The position numbers were made by a program, and so were the translations under genes. A stretch of DNA of 64,000 nt from Hydrolagus colliei (lineage: Eukaryota): contig CM068748.1 in assembly GCA_035084275.1 (NCBI GenBank), positions 3,286,001 through 3,350,000 on the forward strand. Direction: 5' to 3'. How positions within the stretch are numbered: the stretch's first letter is position 1; each line of letters opens with the position of its first letter. Of the stretch, positions 63,258 to 64,000 are shown one piece after another. Under the pieces are notes generated by a model that made no database searches, had not been told where the DNA came from, and worked only from the letters and a program-made list of their open reading frames with translations.

Positions 63258-64000
63258 CTGGAATACATAACAACAGACTGAGTCATGTTTCGTAGTGAAA
63301 TAATCTGCTTAATTCTCCTTTATTTTAAAGCAATAATCCTTGCATTTCAAGCAGCATCTTGTCACTTTATCAAACCATCTCAGAGGGCTTCGCAGGGTTT
63401 ACTGTAAAGTGTGATGACTCTATATATTGTAAGTGATTGCCTACAAACAGCCATGACGTTTATGCCCAATTTCATATCGTTGGCTAGGAAACGGGAAGAA
63501 AATGATTGAATGTATTATGGGTGATTCAACCCCCAAGGTCTCCTCTCTCCCTGTATGGAATTGTTCAGACCTTTCAAATTGTATTGCAAGGATCATACAT
63601 TTGTTTTATGGCAAGCTTTGCCTGTAGATCTGTACCTAGAATCTTTGATACACATCTCAGTGAAGCTGCTACTCACTGTGTCACCATTTAAATTGATTTG
63701 AAAATGACTCACCCTCCTGATGTTATATAATGCGACTGAAATTTCTGAGCAATAATGTTGTCTTTGGTGGTCGAATACCAAAGGACAAATAACATGATAG
63801 TCAACCAGTAAATCAAAGTAAATAAAGTCACTATTATTTGCAGCCACAGTGCACCGATTATATACCTCATGCTGTTGATCTATGCAAATTGAAAACATTT
63901 TGCAAGTCTAGCTATTATAAAACAGTTCACTCTGTGATAAACTTAATTGCCTCCCTCTGCTCTTTAAATATGAAATTACTGCTCTGATAAACTAAAGTGC

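Noticed and set aside
1-64000. Recurrent ~30-60 bp motifs that could suggest a CRISPR-like array or prokaryotic system
   Set aside because: They are dispersed SINE/L2 tails without regular spacing in intron-rich eukaryotic DNA; no cas or operon-like ORFs.

Overview
AT-rich vertebrate genomic DNA, most likely from a cartilaginous fish (holocephalan-like, judged from the dominant tRNA-derived SINE with a DeuSINE/L2-type tail). The main feature is the 3' two-thirds of ADAM12 on the minus strand: 14 phase-compatible GT-AG exons (63257 down to the stop at 19802). They encode an intact [12 protein letters not shown] zinc site plus disintegrin, cysteine-rich, EGF, transmembrane and proline-rich cytoplasmic regions, followed by a ~1.8 kb 3'UTR. 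Tail-to-tail with it on the plus strand (about 4.5-17.7 kb), where FANK1 sits in human, are recognisable but disabled FANK1 exons (frameshifts, three in-frame stops, a broken acceptor), i.e. a probable unitary pseudogene. Interleaved antisense to that relic is a chain of 4-5 phase-compatible minus-strand exon candidates encoding an FN3-like peptide that I cannot assign to a known gene; this is the most novel but also a tentative call. The introns carry many SINE/L2/CR1 fragments, a 2.2 kb hAT element with a BED finger and perfect 8-bp TSD, a related inverted hAT MITE on the other side of the same exon, and several palindromic MITE-like elements. All homology calls were made by eye against remembered sequences, with no database search. 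Exon numbers follow the 23-exon human ADAM12-L by analogy.
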